Source: Candidatus Poribacteria bacterium (GTDB lineage: Bacteria > Poribacteria > WGA-4E > WGA-3G). From it: DNA of 64,000 nucleotides. The stretch covers positions 3,840,001-3,904,000 of the forward strand of contig CBDANF010000003.1 of assembly GCA_965197475.1 (NCBI GenBank), given 5' to 3'. The notes below the pieces were generated by a model. The model made no database searches, was not told where the DNA came from, and saw only the letters and a program-made list of their open reading frames with translations. This document shows, piece by piece, positions 1-9,224 of the stretch (positions are counted from its first letter, which is position 1; every line of letters begins with the position of its first letter). Both the position numbers and the translations under genes were made by a program.

Positions 1-612
1 AAAATGCGTAATACGCTCGGTGCTTACGTCAGTGAGACAGGTCTAACGCAGTTCCGGTGTGCCGAAACGGAGAAGTTTCCACATGTTACCTTCTTTTTCA
101 ATGATTACCGAGATGAGCCAGACAAAGGTGAAGAACGTCAAATCATAGCTTCTCCACGCGAGGTTACTACCTACGATCAGAAGCCTGAGATGTCAGCTCC
201 CGGTGTTACAGATGAGATGTTGCGCCGAATTGCTTCTGACAAATATGATCTGATGGTTTTAAACTACGCCAACGGCGACATGGTAGGACATACCGGTTCA
301 CTCTCTGCTGCTATCAAGGCTGTAGAGACGGTAGATATAGGTGTAGGAAAGATCGTTAATGCTGTTCTAAAAAAAGGTGGTGCACTCATCGTCACAGCAG
401 ATCACGGCAACTGTGAGCAGATGATTGACCCAGAGACCGGCGGTATTCATACGGCACACACCACGTATGATGTTGATCTAATTGTTGTTGATGACCGATA
501 CAGCGGATATAAACTGCGGACAGGGGGACGGCTTGCCGACATTGCACCGACCGTACTTCGTCTCCTCGGTTTACCACAACCTTCTGAAATGACAGGTGAA
601 TCCCTGATCTAA
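1..612 (+). CDS. gpmI: 2,3-bisphosphoglycerate-independent phosphoglycerate mutase, C-terminal part (start lies upstream of the window)
   Basis: Motifs [48 protein letters not shown]. Confidence 0.95.
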   Translation, partial: KMRNTLGAYVSETGLTQFRCAETEKFPHVTFFFNDYRDEPDKGEERQIIASPREVTTYDQKPEMSAPGVTDEMLRRIASDKYDLMVLNYANGDMVGHTGSLSAAIKAVETVDIGVGKIVNAVLKKGGALIVTADHGNCEQMIDPETGGIHTAHTTYDVDLIVVDDRYSGYKLRTGGRLADIAPTVLRLLGLPQPSEMTGESLI

Positions 613-682
613 TTGTGTCTACCAAATTTGTGAAAAACTAATACAATTTCTCGTTGCTATAAATTACTAAGGAGATTTTGGC

Positions 683-1684
683 ATGTCCATATTGATAGAC
701 CAAAACCAGCAAGTTCGCAACGATTTTAGGCTATTTGCCGGACGCGCGAACCCGGCTTTGGCAAAAGAGATCGCCGCGATTATAGGCGTTGAACTGGGTA
801 AAATTACAATCGGTCCATTTCCTAACAGCGAAACAAAAGTACAACTTGAAGAAAGTGTTCGGGGAACAGACATCTATCACATTCAACCTACGTGTGAACC
901 CGCTAACGAAAACCTGATGGAACTTCTCCTCACGATTGATGCGATGAAACGCGCATCGGCACGGCAGATCACCGCAATTATTCCATACTTCGGGTATGCC
1001 CGTCAAGATCATAAAACGACAGGGCGCGAACCAATTAGCGCGAAGCTTGTAGCAAATCTAATAACCACTGCAGGTGCAAGTCGTGTCATGGCGATCGATT
1101 TACACGTCCCACAGATCCAAGGTTTCTTTGATATTCCGATGGATCATCTCACTGCCCTAACAACTTTGGCAAATTATTTCCGTGAAAAACAGATTGAAAA
1201 CGGCGTGATTGTTGCACCTGATGTTGGGCGTGCAAAGCTTGCAGAAAAATACGCCAAAATTCTTCGTCTCCCATTAGCCATTATGCATAAGCGGCGGAAC
1301 GGTGCTGATGGACAAGATGTCGAATTCGTTGAACTTGTTGGTGACGTGAAGGGTAAAACCCCGATTGTTATTGATGATGAAATTGCAACGGGAGGTAGTA
1401 TTTACGAGCAAGCACAAGCGTTGGCAGCAGCGGGCGCAAAACCTGCTTATGTCAGCATCGCACATGCAGTGCTCGTTGGTCCCGCATTGGAACGACTCAG
1501 TCATCCTTCAATTCGTGAAGTGGTCACCACAGATACAATTCCTGTCCCAGCTGAAAAGCAACTTGATGGGAAAATCAAAGTGCTTTCCATTGCCCCACTT
1601 CTCGCTGAAGCCATTCTCAGAGTTCACCAACACAGATCCGTGAGTCAAGTTTTCAGAGATCAACATCTCGATTTTCCGGTGTAA
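683..1684 (+). CDS. prs: Ribose-phosphate pyrophosphokinase
   Basis: Motifs IPYFGYARQD, DLHVPQIQGFF, VAPDVG, IDDEIATGGS; AAGGAG RBS upstream. Confidence 0.96.
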   Translation: MSILIDQNQQVRNDFRLFAGRANPALAKEIAAIIGVELGKITIGPFPNSETKVQLEESVRGTDIYHIQPTCEPANENLMELLLTIDAMKRASARQITAIIPYFGYARQDHKTTGREPISAKLVANLITTAGASRVMAIDLHVPQIQGFFDIPMDHLTALTTLANYFREKQIENGVIVAPDVGRAKLAEKYAKILRLPLAIMHKRRNGADGQDVEFVELVGDVKGKTPIVIDDEIATGGSIYEQAQALAAAGAKPAYVSIAHAVLVGPALERLSHPSIREVVTTDTIPVPAEKQLDGKIKVLSIAPLLAEAILRVHQHRSVSQVFRDQHLDFPV

Positions 1685-1715
1685 TCAAAGAAATCGCTCC
1701 TACTGATAAAAACAG

Positions 1716-2828
1716 ATGATTCATATACTTTACCTTAGTCATTGTGGATCAAACGTCGGTGGGGGCGAAAAACAACTTTTTTACCTTGTTACACATCTGG
1801 ACAGAAAACGTTATCAACCGATCATTGTCTGTCCAGACGACGGTATATTCACTGAACAATTAAGGGAAGCGAATATCCTCACCACTGTTCTCAATCTTCC
1901 CCCATGGCGTCGAGTTATATCTCGTTTTACTCGCCACACCGCTGCTGCTAAGTTAACCGACCTCGCAATAAAGCACAATATACAATTAGTCCATACCTCC
2001 GATTCGTGGCTCAACTCGTATATGTTGCAAGTTAAAAATCAACTGAACATTCCTGTTATTTCGCATGTGCGGAATCTTTTAACACCTGCACAAGTTGCAA
2101 AGTATGAATTTGATCGTGTCAATCGCATCATTGCGATCTCTGAACAGAGTAAAACTCCACTTATTCAAGCAAGTATTTCTTCTGAAAAAATTGATGTTAT
2201 CTTAAACTGTGTTGATCTTTCCGTTTTTCAACCTGATCCTATAGATAATAAACAATCGGAACCTTTTGTGGTCGGGATAGTAGGTAGGATTGAACCCTTT
2301 AAACGCCAAAAAACTTTTGTTGAGATAGCATCTCAGGTTGTCAAGCAGTGCCAAAACGTTCGATTTCACATCATTGGTGCTGCGCTTGATACACCTGAGC
2401 ATCGCGCTTATGATAAAGAGGTTCGTCAATTGGTATCCCAATATAAGTTAGAAGAGGTGATACATTTCACGGGACATCGTAACGACATGCCCTGCGCAAT
2501 GCGAGAACTTGACCTATTGGTTACATTATCAGCTGGGAGTGTCATCGCTGAAGCGATGGCATCGGGTAAACCTGCCATCGGCACGCCAATCGGTAGCACC
2601 TCTGAAATGATTGTAGACAGTGTAACAGGATATGTTATACCTTTAGACTCAATTGAGGCAATCGCAGATAGGATTGTTCAACTTGCTGGAAATCCTGCGC
2701 GCTGTGTTCAGATGGGTGCTGCAGCCAGAAAACATGCAGAGAATGTTTTCTGCGTTGAAAAGCATGTCCAAAAGGTGCAGAACATATATGAAAAACTAAT
2801 TGAAACTAATAATGAGAATAGTGTATAA
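1716..2828 (+). CDS. Glycosyltransferase family 4 (GT-B fold)
   Basis: N-terminal GGGEKQ, GIVGRIEPFKRQ, FTGHRND, EAMASGKP. Confidence 0.9.
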   Translation: MIHILYLSHCGSNVGGGEKQLFYLVTHLDRKRYQPIIVCPDDGIFTEQLREANILTTVLNLPPWRRVISRFTRHTAAAKLTDLAIKHNIQLVHTSDSWLNSYMLQVKNQLNIPVISHVRNLLTPAQVAKYEFDRVNRIIAISEQSKTPLIQASISSEKIDVILNCVDLSVFQPDPIDNKQSEPFVVGIVGRIEPFKRQKTFVEIASQVVKQCQNVRFHIIGAALDTPEHRAYDKEVRQLVSQYKLEEVIHFTGHRNDMPCAMRELDLLVTLSAGSVIAEAMASGKPAIGTPIGSTSEMIVDSVTGYVIPLDSIEAIADRIVQLAGNPARCVQMGAAARKHAENVFCVEKHVQKVQNIYEKLIETNNENSV

Positions 2829-2857
2829 TTATGTCATAATATCATGGAGGGATAGAA

Positions 2858-3280
2858 ATGCCAACACTTGAAGTTACTAATATCAAAGCTACTAATATCG
2901 CAGAAGTTGATGAAGCCCTGAAGCATTTTGATCATTTTCATGATGATTACGTTGCGGGGATCGAAATTAAGTTTGAAAATTACAAAGGCTTAGATGAGAA
3001 TGGCGAGGCTACAGGAATCGGAAGTGCTGATAAGACAATTATTCTCACGATCAACTACTACCCTTATGGAAAAGAACATGAACAGTTCGTTTGTGTCGAA
3101 TTTAAGGGTGTCAAATCATTTGAAATATCATCGGCACTGCAGGATTATGGACCAACATGGGGAATTGATTCCGTATTGACTCAATCTGAAGGAATAGATA
3201 TAAAATGGGAATTTTATTGGATATGTGGTGAGACGAAGTTTATAGTCGTTTGCACAGAAATAGTTTTTTCTACCCAATAA
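2858..3280 (+). CDS. Hypothetical protein with weak resemblance to Imm50-type immunity proteins
   Basis: 140-aa ORF with GGAGG RBS; FHDD motif followed by beta-strand pattern VEFKGVKSFEI. Confidence 0.55.
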   Translation: MPTLEVTNIKATNIAEVDEALKHFDHFHDDYVAGIEIKFENYKGLDENGEATGIGSADKTIILTINYYPYGKEHEQFVCVEFKGVKSFEISSALQDYGPTWGIDSVLTQSEGIDIKWEFYWICGETKFIVVCTEIVFSTQ

Positions 3281-3403
3281 AACCTCATTTATGATTTTAA
3301 TAGAACCCGACGCGAATAATTAGAGGAAATGAGCAGCCCCGCATTGCGGAAGAAATTTTCCAGGAACTTGCGTAGAATAGCAACATCACATCAAGGAGAC
3401 GAC

Positions 3404-4267
3404 ATGATGCTTACACAGGCACAACTTGATTTTTATGAAAAAAATGGCTATCTCGGTGTTGAGGCTGTGTTAACCGATGCGGAGGTAGCAGCACTTCGTC
3501 GTGTTACCGATGAATTTGTTGAAAAATCGAGAGAAGCCACAGAACATAACGACATTTTCGATCTTGAACCTGGACACTCCGCTGCAAACCCACGCGTACG
3601 CCGTATCAAAAATCCATGTCTATACCATACAGTCTATGACCAGACCTTACGCCATCCTAATATCCTTGGCATTGTTGCCCAGCTCATCGGAGATGGGATT
3701 CGGTATAACGGACACAAACTCAATATGAAATACCCTGAATTTGGTAGTCCCGTTGAATGGCATCAGGATTGGGCGTTTTACCCACACACGAATGACGACC
3801 TGCTTGCAGTTGGCGTAGTTATTGACGACATGACTGTAGAAAATGGAGCACTGATGATACTTCCGGGTTCCCACAAAGGACCAACCCTGAATCATCACCA
3901 AAACGGTGCTTTTATTGGTGCTGTTACCGACCTCGATTTCACGCCAGATGGTGCTGTGCCTATTGAGTTGAAAGCAGGTGGAATTACGATCCATCACGTT
4001 CGAGCCTTACACGGATCTGCGCCAAACACCTCTGACAAACCTCGCCGCTTGATGCTTTTCCAGTATTGTGCTGTGGATGCTTGGCCGCTGAAAGGCATTC
4101 CAGATTGGGATACATTCAACGACTTCATTATTCAAGGTGAACCCACAAACCAACCGCGTATTGTCCCTACGCCAGTACGTATGCCCGAACCTTATTCCGA
4201 AAAGAAGGGTTCAATCTATGAAGTTCAATCTCTCCTTGAAAACCCAATTTATGCGAAAGAGCAGTAG
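3404..4267 (+). CDS. Phytanoyl-CoA dioxygenase (PhyH) family Fe(II)/2-oxoglutarate dioxygenase
   Basis: FYEKNGYL, WHQD, ENGALMILPGSHK, HGSAPN, RR; start moved to ATG 3404 after AAGGAG. Confidence 0.92.
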   Translation: MMLTQAQLDFYEKNGYLGVEAVLTDAEVAALRRVTDEFVEKSREATEHNDIFDLEPGHSAANPRVRRIKNPCLYHTVYDQTLRHPNILGIVAQLIGDGIRYNGHKLNMKYPEFGSPVEWHQDWAFYPHTNDDLLAVGVVIDDMTVENGALMILPGSHKGPTLNHHQNGAFIGAVTDLDFTPDGAVPIELKAGGITIHHVRALHGSAPNTSDKPRRLMLFQYCAVDAWPLKGIPDWDTFNDFIIQGEPTNQPRIVPTPVRMPEPYSEKKGSIYEVQSLLENPIYAKEQ

Positions 4268-4469
4268 TTAGATTAAGGTTTCCCAAAAACCCACGTAATC
4301 CATAATTCAGATAACATACATCCCATAAAATACAGATGCGTTTTTAGCTGACATCTCTTAGATCCACTACGTCCCGACTAATCTAAATCTATTACGTTCC
4401 AATAGCTATAGTCAAATCTAAATAGTATACAGAGTGTGTCAAATTAAGAAATTTTGTTGCGTAAATTTA

Positions 4470-4535
4470 ATTTTAACGTTAAAATATAAACAAACTAAAC
4501 TAAACATTACTTTTGTTTTAACGTTAAAATATAAA
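4470..4535. promoter_or_regulatory. Two copies of palindrome TTTTAACGTTAAAA within a 20-bp direct repeat; putative operator pair
   Basis: TTTTAACGTTAAAATATAAA at 4471-4490 and 4516-4535, immediately upstream of ATG 4560. Confidence 0.6.
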
Positions 4536-4559
4536 TAGGTAACAGTATTTCTAAAGAGG

Positions 4560-5186
4560 ATGCAGATCGTGCTGTATTTGGACACATTCGAAAACCGAAC
4601 AACAAATGACACGCATAATAAGTTCCTTATCTGCCATCAAAAAGTGGAAGGTATCAGAGCAATACCTGAACTCACACCTTCTGTGTCTTTGTTGGAAAAA
4701 TGGGAGTCGCGTGTTATTGGATGGGATGAGTTTCAGCAAAGGTTCAAAGCTGAATTGCGCCAGGAATACGGAAAAGGTGATATTAGTCTGCTCAAAAGGC
4801 TCGCGAATTATTGCATCCGAAACGAAGTGACGCTTTATTCTCCTGAACCTCCCGGTGAACAAACATATCGCGCCATCCTGGCAGAGGTTTTTAACAAAAT
4901 ATGGGCACGATTTGGAGAGAAAAAACGTGCAATAGACCTTGCCGCTAAATCTTGGTTGAATAACATCGTTTTCCAAACACATCTAAACGAGATGGGTGAA
5001 ATAGCGAACAGATGCGCGCATTTTCAACCTATTCCTGAAACTCGCCTTTTTTACTCTTGTCTACTTTGTGAACATTTAGATGCGCGCATTTATGCATGCA
5101 AAAAATTGGGGAAGCCAGTTATTAACTATAGATGGAGTTCGGAATGCTATTCCAAAAATTCGGCAATAATAGGTGGGACTAAATGA
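4560..5186 (+). CDS. DUF488/YeaO-like protein with Cys-rich C-terminal tail
   Basis: ELTPSVSLL...WDEFQQRFKAEL and VTLYSPE...YRAILAE resemble DUF488; tail has C...CLLCEH...C. Confidence 0.6.
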   Translation: MQIVLYLDTFENRTTNDTHNKFLICHQKVEGIRAIPELTPSVSLLEKWESRVIGWDEFQQRFKAELRQEYGKGDISLLKRLANYCIRNEVTLYSPEPPGEQTYRAILAEVFNKIWARFGEKKRAIDLAAKSWLNNIVFQTHLNEMGEIANRCAHFQPIPETRLFYSCLLCEHLDARIYACKKLGKPVINYRWSSECYSKNSAIIGGTK

Positions 5187-5878
5187 GAGATGATATCTCC
5201 CTCCGCTATTCGCTGACGCACCTCAGTGGAGGAAACTTCTGCATAGAAATCTGGAAGTATTAGGTGTGCCACAGATAAACTGTACGGTTGAAGTTTGGGT
5301 TGAGCAAGGAATTGTTTTATCGTTTCTATGTCCACATGGTCACGATTTGCCACAATGAAACGGCACTGCGAAAAAAGATGCTGTAATTCTGCATGCACAT
5401 CCGCGTAGTATTTCGGATCAAAAATCCGTACCAGCGTATCGTAACCAATAATAAAATGATACTCAGTTTCGGCAGGATACACCGCTTTTAGAGCCGTGAC
5501 TTTGTCAATGTATCGACCATGACTGGATATACCAACTGAAACATCGTTTTGATTTTCCGCATAACGTTTGAGTGTCAGAATTCTGCCAGCTAACGGCCAC
5601 CCAAATATGTCTTTATCAACGTTTGCCTTAGCAAGAAGCAAAAGCAGTTCATCAAGTTGAAAACGCTCGCGTGCTTCCTCAACCATTTTGATGTGCGCTA
5701 CAGTAAGCGGATTAAAAGAACCGGAAAAGATACCGAGTTTTTTACCTGATTCACAAATGGGATCAGATGTTCGATGTACAATTACTACCTGTGGTGGTGC
5801 GTTCGGATCCAATTCACTGATAAGCTGGGAATACTTTTCATATTCTGGGTAGGTTCGAAACTTATCAAGGGCTTTCAT
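5147..5878 (-). CDS. NadD-like nucleotidyltransferase (cytidylyltransferase superfamily)
   Basis: GIFSGSFNPLTVAH, FIIGYDT, VSSTEVR. Confidence 0.8.
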   Translation of the reverse strand: MKALDKFRTYPEYEKYSQLISELDPNAPPQVVIVHRTSDPICESGKKLGIFSGSFNPLTVAHIKMVEEARERFQLDELLLLLAKANVDKDIFGWPLAGRILTLKRYAENQNDVSVGISSHGRYIDKVTALKAVYPAETEYHFIIGYDTLVRIFDPKYYADVHAELQHLFSQCRFIVANRDHVDIETIKQFLAQPKLQPYSLSVAHLILPDFYAEVSSTEVRQRIAEGDIISHLVPPIIAEFLE

Positions 5879-6684
5879 GGTTCATCTTTTTTGACATCTT
5901 CCCAAATTTCGTCAAGTTCTGCAAGTGTTTGCCCGGCAAAGGTTTTTCCCTGTTTTTCAAGTTCTGCTTCCATTCGTTTAAAACGCGCGATAAACTTACG
6001 GTTTGATTTTCGCAACGTCTCTTCGGCTTGGAGATCCACAAAACGACACAAATTTACAACAGCAAACAGAAGATCCCCGATTTCCATCTCAACTGCGTCA
6101 GGGTGATTTTCGTTCAGGCTTTCCTTGACCTCTGCTAACTCTTCGTCCACCTTCGCAAGCACATCAGCGATGTTATCCCAATCAAAACCGACTCGCGCTG
6201 CCCGTTTCTGTATTTTCTGACTACGCAGCAAAGCAGGAAGCGCATTCGGAATACCATCAAGCACAGATTTTCGATCTTCGTAACCAGTCTCTTGGCGTTT
6301 AATGGCTTCCCAGTTTTTAACGACTTCTTCAGCGTTATCCACATGAACATCGCCAAACACATGCGGGTGTCTTCGAATTAATTTTTCTGTTAACGAGTCA
6401 ATCACATCGTAGATGTCAAAATCTCGGTTTTCTGCAGCGATCTGTGCTTGGAGCATGATGTTCAGCAAGAGATCACCAAGTTCCTCTTTTAATTTTCCTG
6501 GATCGCCAGAATCAATTGCTTCAACTGTCTCATAAGTTTCCTCAATCAGCGTGGGTTTTAGCGATGCATGCGTCTGTTCCCGATCCCAGGGGCACCCGTT
6601 TTCACCTCTTAATGTCGCTATAACTTCGACGAGTGATTCAAATAGTTCTCTCTGCATAAAACGAATTCCTTTAATCAGTTTCAT
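5875..6684 (-). CDS. mazG: Nucleoside triphosphate pyrophosphohydrolase MazG (true start may be the second Met, MQRELF)
   Basis: GCPWDREQT, EETYE, EELGDLL, KLIRRHPHVF, GFDW, EIGDLLF; two MazG domains. Confidence 0.95.
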   Translation of the reverse strand: MKLIKGIRFMQRELFESLVEVIATLRGENGCPWDREQTHASLKPTLIEETYETVEAIDSGDPGKLKEELGDLLLNIMLQAQIAAENRDFDIYDVIDSLTEKLIRRHPHVFGDVHVDNAEEVVKNWEAIKRQETGYEDRKSVLDGIPNALPALLRSQKIQKRAARVGFDWDNIADVLAKVDEELAEVKESLNENHPDAVEMEIGDLLFAVVNLCRFVDLQAEETLRKSNRKFIARFKRMEAELEKQGKTFAGQTLAELDEIWEDVKKDEP

Positions 6685-7372
6685 TTTCTTGTAGGTTTTC
6701 TAACTGGATAATCAGTTGCCCGAGTTGGAACCGTAGTAACATGGTGTAAATTTGCATCAGTAATGTTATTTGAGCTTCAGTGGTAAAATCACTAACCTGG
6801 ATGAGTTCTATAAACTTTTCTGCGCGTTCCCGAATCCTTTCAGACTGTGCCACATCAACTGGTTCTGATTGTTGTTGACTCTCTTTGATGAACTGCCAAA
6901 TCCTATCCTGAATCTCAAGCATATAATTTTTTGTCAGCGCAGTGCGTGCCTTCTTAGCAGAATCTACCCAGATAGTATTCGCCTTCCAATTTAGCATAAA
7001 AGCGATACTGTTGATAATCACATCCCGAAGCGTGTCCTCGCCAGAGAGGAGTTCTTCTAAGTTGGTTACTCCTTCTGCTTCTGCGGAGAAGGTGCGAACG
7101 CGCGTAAAATCTTTCAAGTTCGTCAGCAGCAATTCGTTTTCGGCGATTAGGTGCCAAAAACTTGCACTCGTTGAAAGCATTACCTCAACTTGATTGCTAA
7201 TCTCATCCGACAGTTGTGCACGAAGACAAAAGTTGTGGATGCTATGCAAACGACTACGAAATTGGTGCAACTCAGTTACTGACTGGAACTCAGTAAGGCT
7301 TGCAACCCGTGGCAGAAGATGTTGACGAATCTGAGTGAGTAGTTCGTCTATAGCGGTTGGTTCAGCGTTCAT
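6671..7372 (-). CDS. Hypothetical all-helical protein
   Basis: 233-aa ORF directly upstream of, and overlapping, mazG. Confidence 0.7.
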   Translation of the reverse strand: MNAEPTAIDELLTQIRQHLLPRVASLTEFQSVTELHQFRSRLHSIHNFCLRAQLSDEISNQVEVMLSTSASFWHLIAENELLLTNLKDFTRVRTFSAEAEGVTNLEELLSGEDTLRDVIINSIAFMLNWKANTIWVDSAKKARTALTKNYMLEIQDRIWQFIKESQQQSEPVDVAQSERIRERAEKFIELIQVSDFTTEAQITLLMQIYTMLLRFQLGQLIIQLENLQENETD

Positions 7373-7513
7373 AAGTGAAATACCTTTACAAGATAACTAT
7401 TTCAATATAATAACAAATTTTTTCGCTGATATCAACGCAAAATTAGAGGTAATGTTTTCCAGAGCCATTCAATGCTCCAGTAGTTACTATTTTCTGCTCA
7501 AGATCCCTCCTCT

Positions 7514-7597
7514 GTAGGAACGACCCGACAAATGCCACACGATAAGTGCCATACACGCACTTGTCGTTGATTTGACGCATTTAGCGTTGATTCACCG
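7514..7597 (-). repeat. Dispersed intergenic repeat (AATCAACG...TGCG-x-GTATGGCA family) with GTAG-type end, copy A
   Basis: Reverse complement CGGTGAATCAACGCTAAATGCG...TGCGTGTATGGCAC...TTTGTCGG...TCCTAC aligns with 27951-28032. Confidence 0.7.
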
Positions 7598-7667
7598 GTC
7601 GCGACTTTACGCCTAAAACGCACAAAAAACCGAAAACTGAATAGCTCTGAATATTTTCCGTCACTAC

Positions 7668-7697
7668 TTGACATCAATTTACCAGTTATGCTAAAAT
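7668..7697 (+). promoter_or_regulatory. Sigma70-type promoter TTGACA-N18-TAAAAT with extended -10 TG
   Basis: TTGACA at 7668-7673, TAAAAT at 7692-7697, ATG at 7704. Confidence 0.65.
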
Positions 7698-7703
7698 ACA
7701 AAT

Positions 7704-8234
7704 ATGATGAAAATAGCCACATGTCTGTTCATTTGCATTATGTTAGTAGGTGTTGCAAGCTTTGCGAAGGATAAACCACCAAAAATGGGTGATGCTGCAC
7801 CGGATTTTACACTTCAAGATGCTGAGGAGAAACAGCATCATTTAAAGAAGTTACGCGGAAAACTTGTTTTTTTGATTATGGGCAATCGGAAAATTCGGAA
7901 GGAAGATGACAAATGGGCAGAAGCATTCCAAAAAGATTATAATAAAGATAAGCGAGTAACTGCTTATATTATTGGTGATTTGCGAAGTGTACCAGGATTT
8001 ATACCCAAACGGTTTATCCGGTTTCAATTGAAGAGAAAACCACCACCCGTGACGTTCCTGCTTGATTGGAAAGGGGAAGCACATCAACGTTATCATACAG
8101 AAAAGAAGAAGCCGAATCTGTATCTGATTTCATCACAAGGAAAAATCGTGTTTCATCGAAAAGCGAATTTCAAACCAGAGATTTATGTGGAACTCAAAAA
8201 ACAGATTGATGTTCTATTAACTGAAAAACCTTAA
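7704..8234 (+). CDS. Secreted thioredoxin-fold (redoxin/AhpC-TSA-like) protein lacking catalytic Cys
   Basis: Signal peptide; GDAAPDFTLQD, LRGKLVFL, FLLDWKG, PNLYLIS..GKI; no Cys in the mature chain. Confidence 0.75.
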   Translation: MMKIATCLFICIMLVGVASFAKDKPPKMGDAAPDFTLQDAEEKQHHLKKLRGKLVFLIMGNRKIRKEDDKWAEAFQKDYNKDKRVTAYIIGDLRSVPGFIPKRFIRFQLKRKPPPVTFLLDWKGEAHQRYHTEKKKPNLYLISSQGKIVFHRKANFKPEIYVELKKQIDVLLTEKP

Positions 8235-8288
8235 TCTGTGATTCCACATAATGGACTAAGGTATTATACGACCCAAAGGAGAGAAAAA

Positions 8289-9200
8289 ATGGATTCCAAA
8301 GCCAAAGGCGAAATCACAAAATACTTGTCCTTTCCAATGGTTCTCATAGGCAGCGGTTCATTTTTCGGTGTAATAGGATGGCTGGGATTGGCTCAAGCAG
8401 CGGGAAGCATCATATTTTTTATCGGTTCAATGCTCCTCTCATTTTCAGGTTCAATGGTGACTTTATGTGGCCTCATGAGTCTGGAAAGAGCTGCGCCAAG
8501 TCATCTGAAAGTCCGTAAATTGAAAATTGAGATTTCAAAGAATCTTAAGATTGAGTACCCATCCTATATCTTAAAAGTTGAAAAACTGAAGCAGAAATAT
8601 CGGGAACTCCATGGCAAACTTCCTGATTTTCGTGTCTATTGTGAAGAATTTAGACAGAATATAAGAAATCTACGATCAGAATTAGCGAACTTAGAAAAAC
8701 AACTTCAGAAAAATCTTAGAAACCACGCACCTGTAATTGACAACAACAGCGCGGATGGCATCGCAAAAAAGATACTCTGGTCTGAAAAGCAAATTCAACT
8801 TACTGAATTGAGTGAAACTTTAGAGAAACTCTCTGACTTTTTTACTACTGCAGACTTAGAGCGGTATCGTATTGAACTAACTTATGTAAGCGGTGGTTTG
8901 TCCAAGTTAGATCGAGGAATAGGATTTTTCCGAGAACTAATGATACTTTGCAACAAGCCGGACGCTAATTATGAAAATATCATACGCATTAAGCAGAAGG
9001 TTGATAGAACTAACAATTTAATGGCACAGCAGGAACCGAGATTGCAAGAACTTGGAACAGAAATGGAGACGAAGTGTGAAGAAGCAAAAATGGAACTATC
9101 GCTTTTTCTACAGCAGATTGATGATTTCATGGCAGATGGTGAGTGGACGCATAACCATGAGATTGTTTCTGAAGATATGCCAGAAGGTGGCGCAAGTTAG
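8289..9200 (+). CDS. Hypothetical protein with two N-terminal TM helices and a long coiled coil
   Basis: Hydrophobic N-terminus, heptad-rich remainder; start moved to ATG 8289 after AAGGAG. Confidence 0.7.
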   Translation: MDSKAKGEITKYLSFPMVLIGSGSFFGVIGWLGLAQAAGSIIFFIGSMLLSFSGSMVTLCGLMSLERAAPSHLKVRKLKIEISKNLKIEYPSYILKVEKLKQKYRELHGKLPDFRVYCEEFRQNIRNLRSELANLEKQLQKNLRNHAPVIDNNSADGIAKKILWSEKQIQLTELSETLEKLSDFFTTADLERYRIELTYVSGGLSKLDRGIGFFRELMILCNKPDANYENIIRIKQKVDRTNNLMAQQEPRLQELGTEMETKCEEAKMELSLFLQQIDDFMADGEWTHNHEIVSEDMPEGGAS

Positions 9201-9224
9201 TTCAGATGAATTAATGAGGTTGGT

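Noticed and set aside
7704-8234. Selenoprotein (UGA-recoded redoxin), given selB/selC in the window
   Set aside because: No in-frame TGA in this ORF; no convincing UGA read-through candidate was noticed elsewhere in the window
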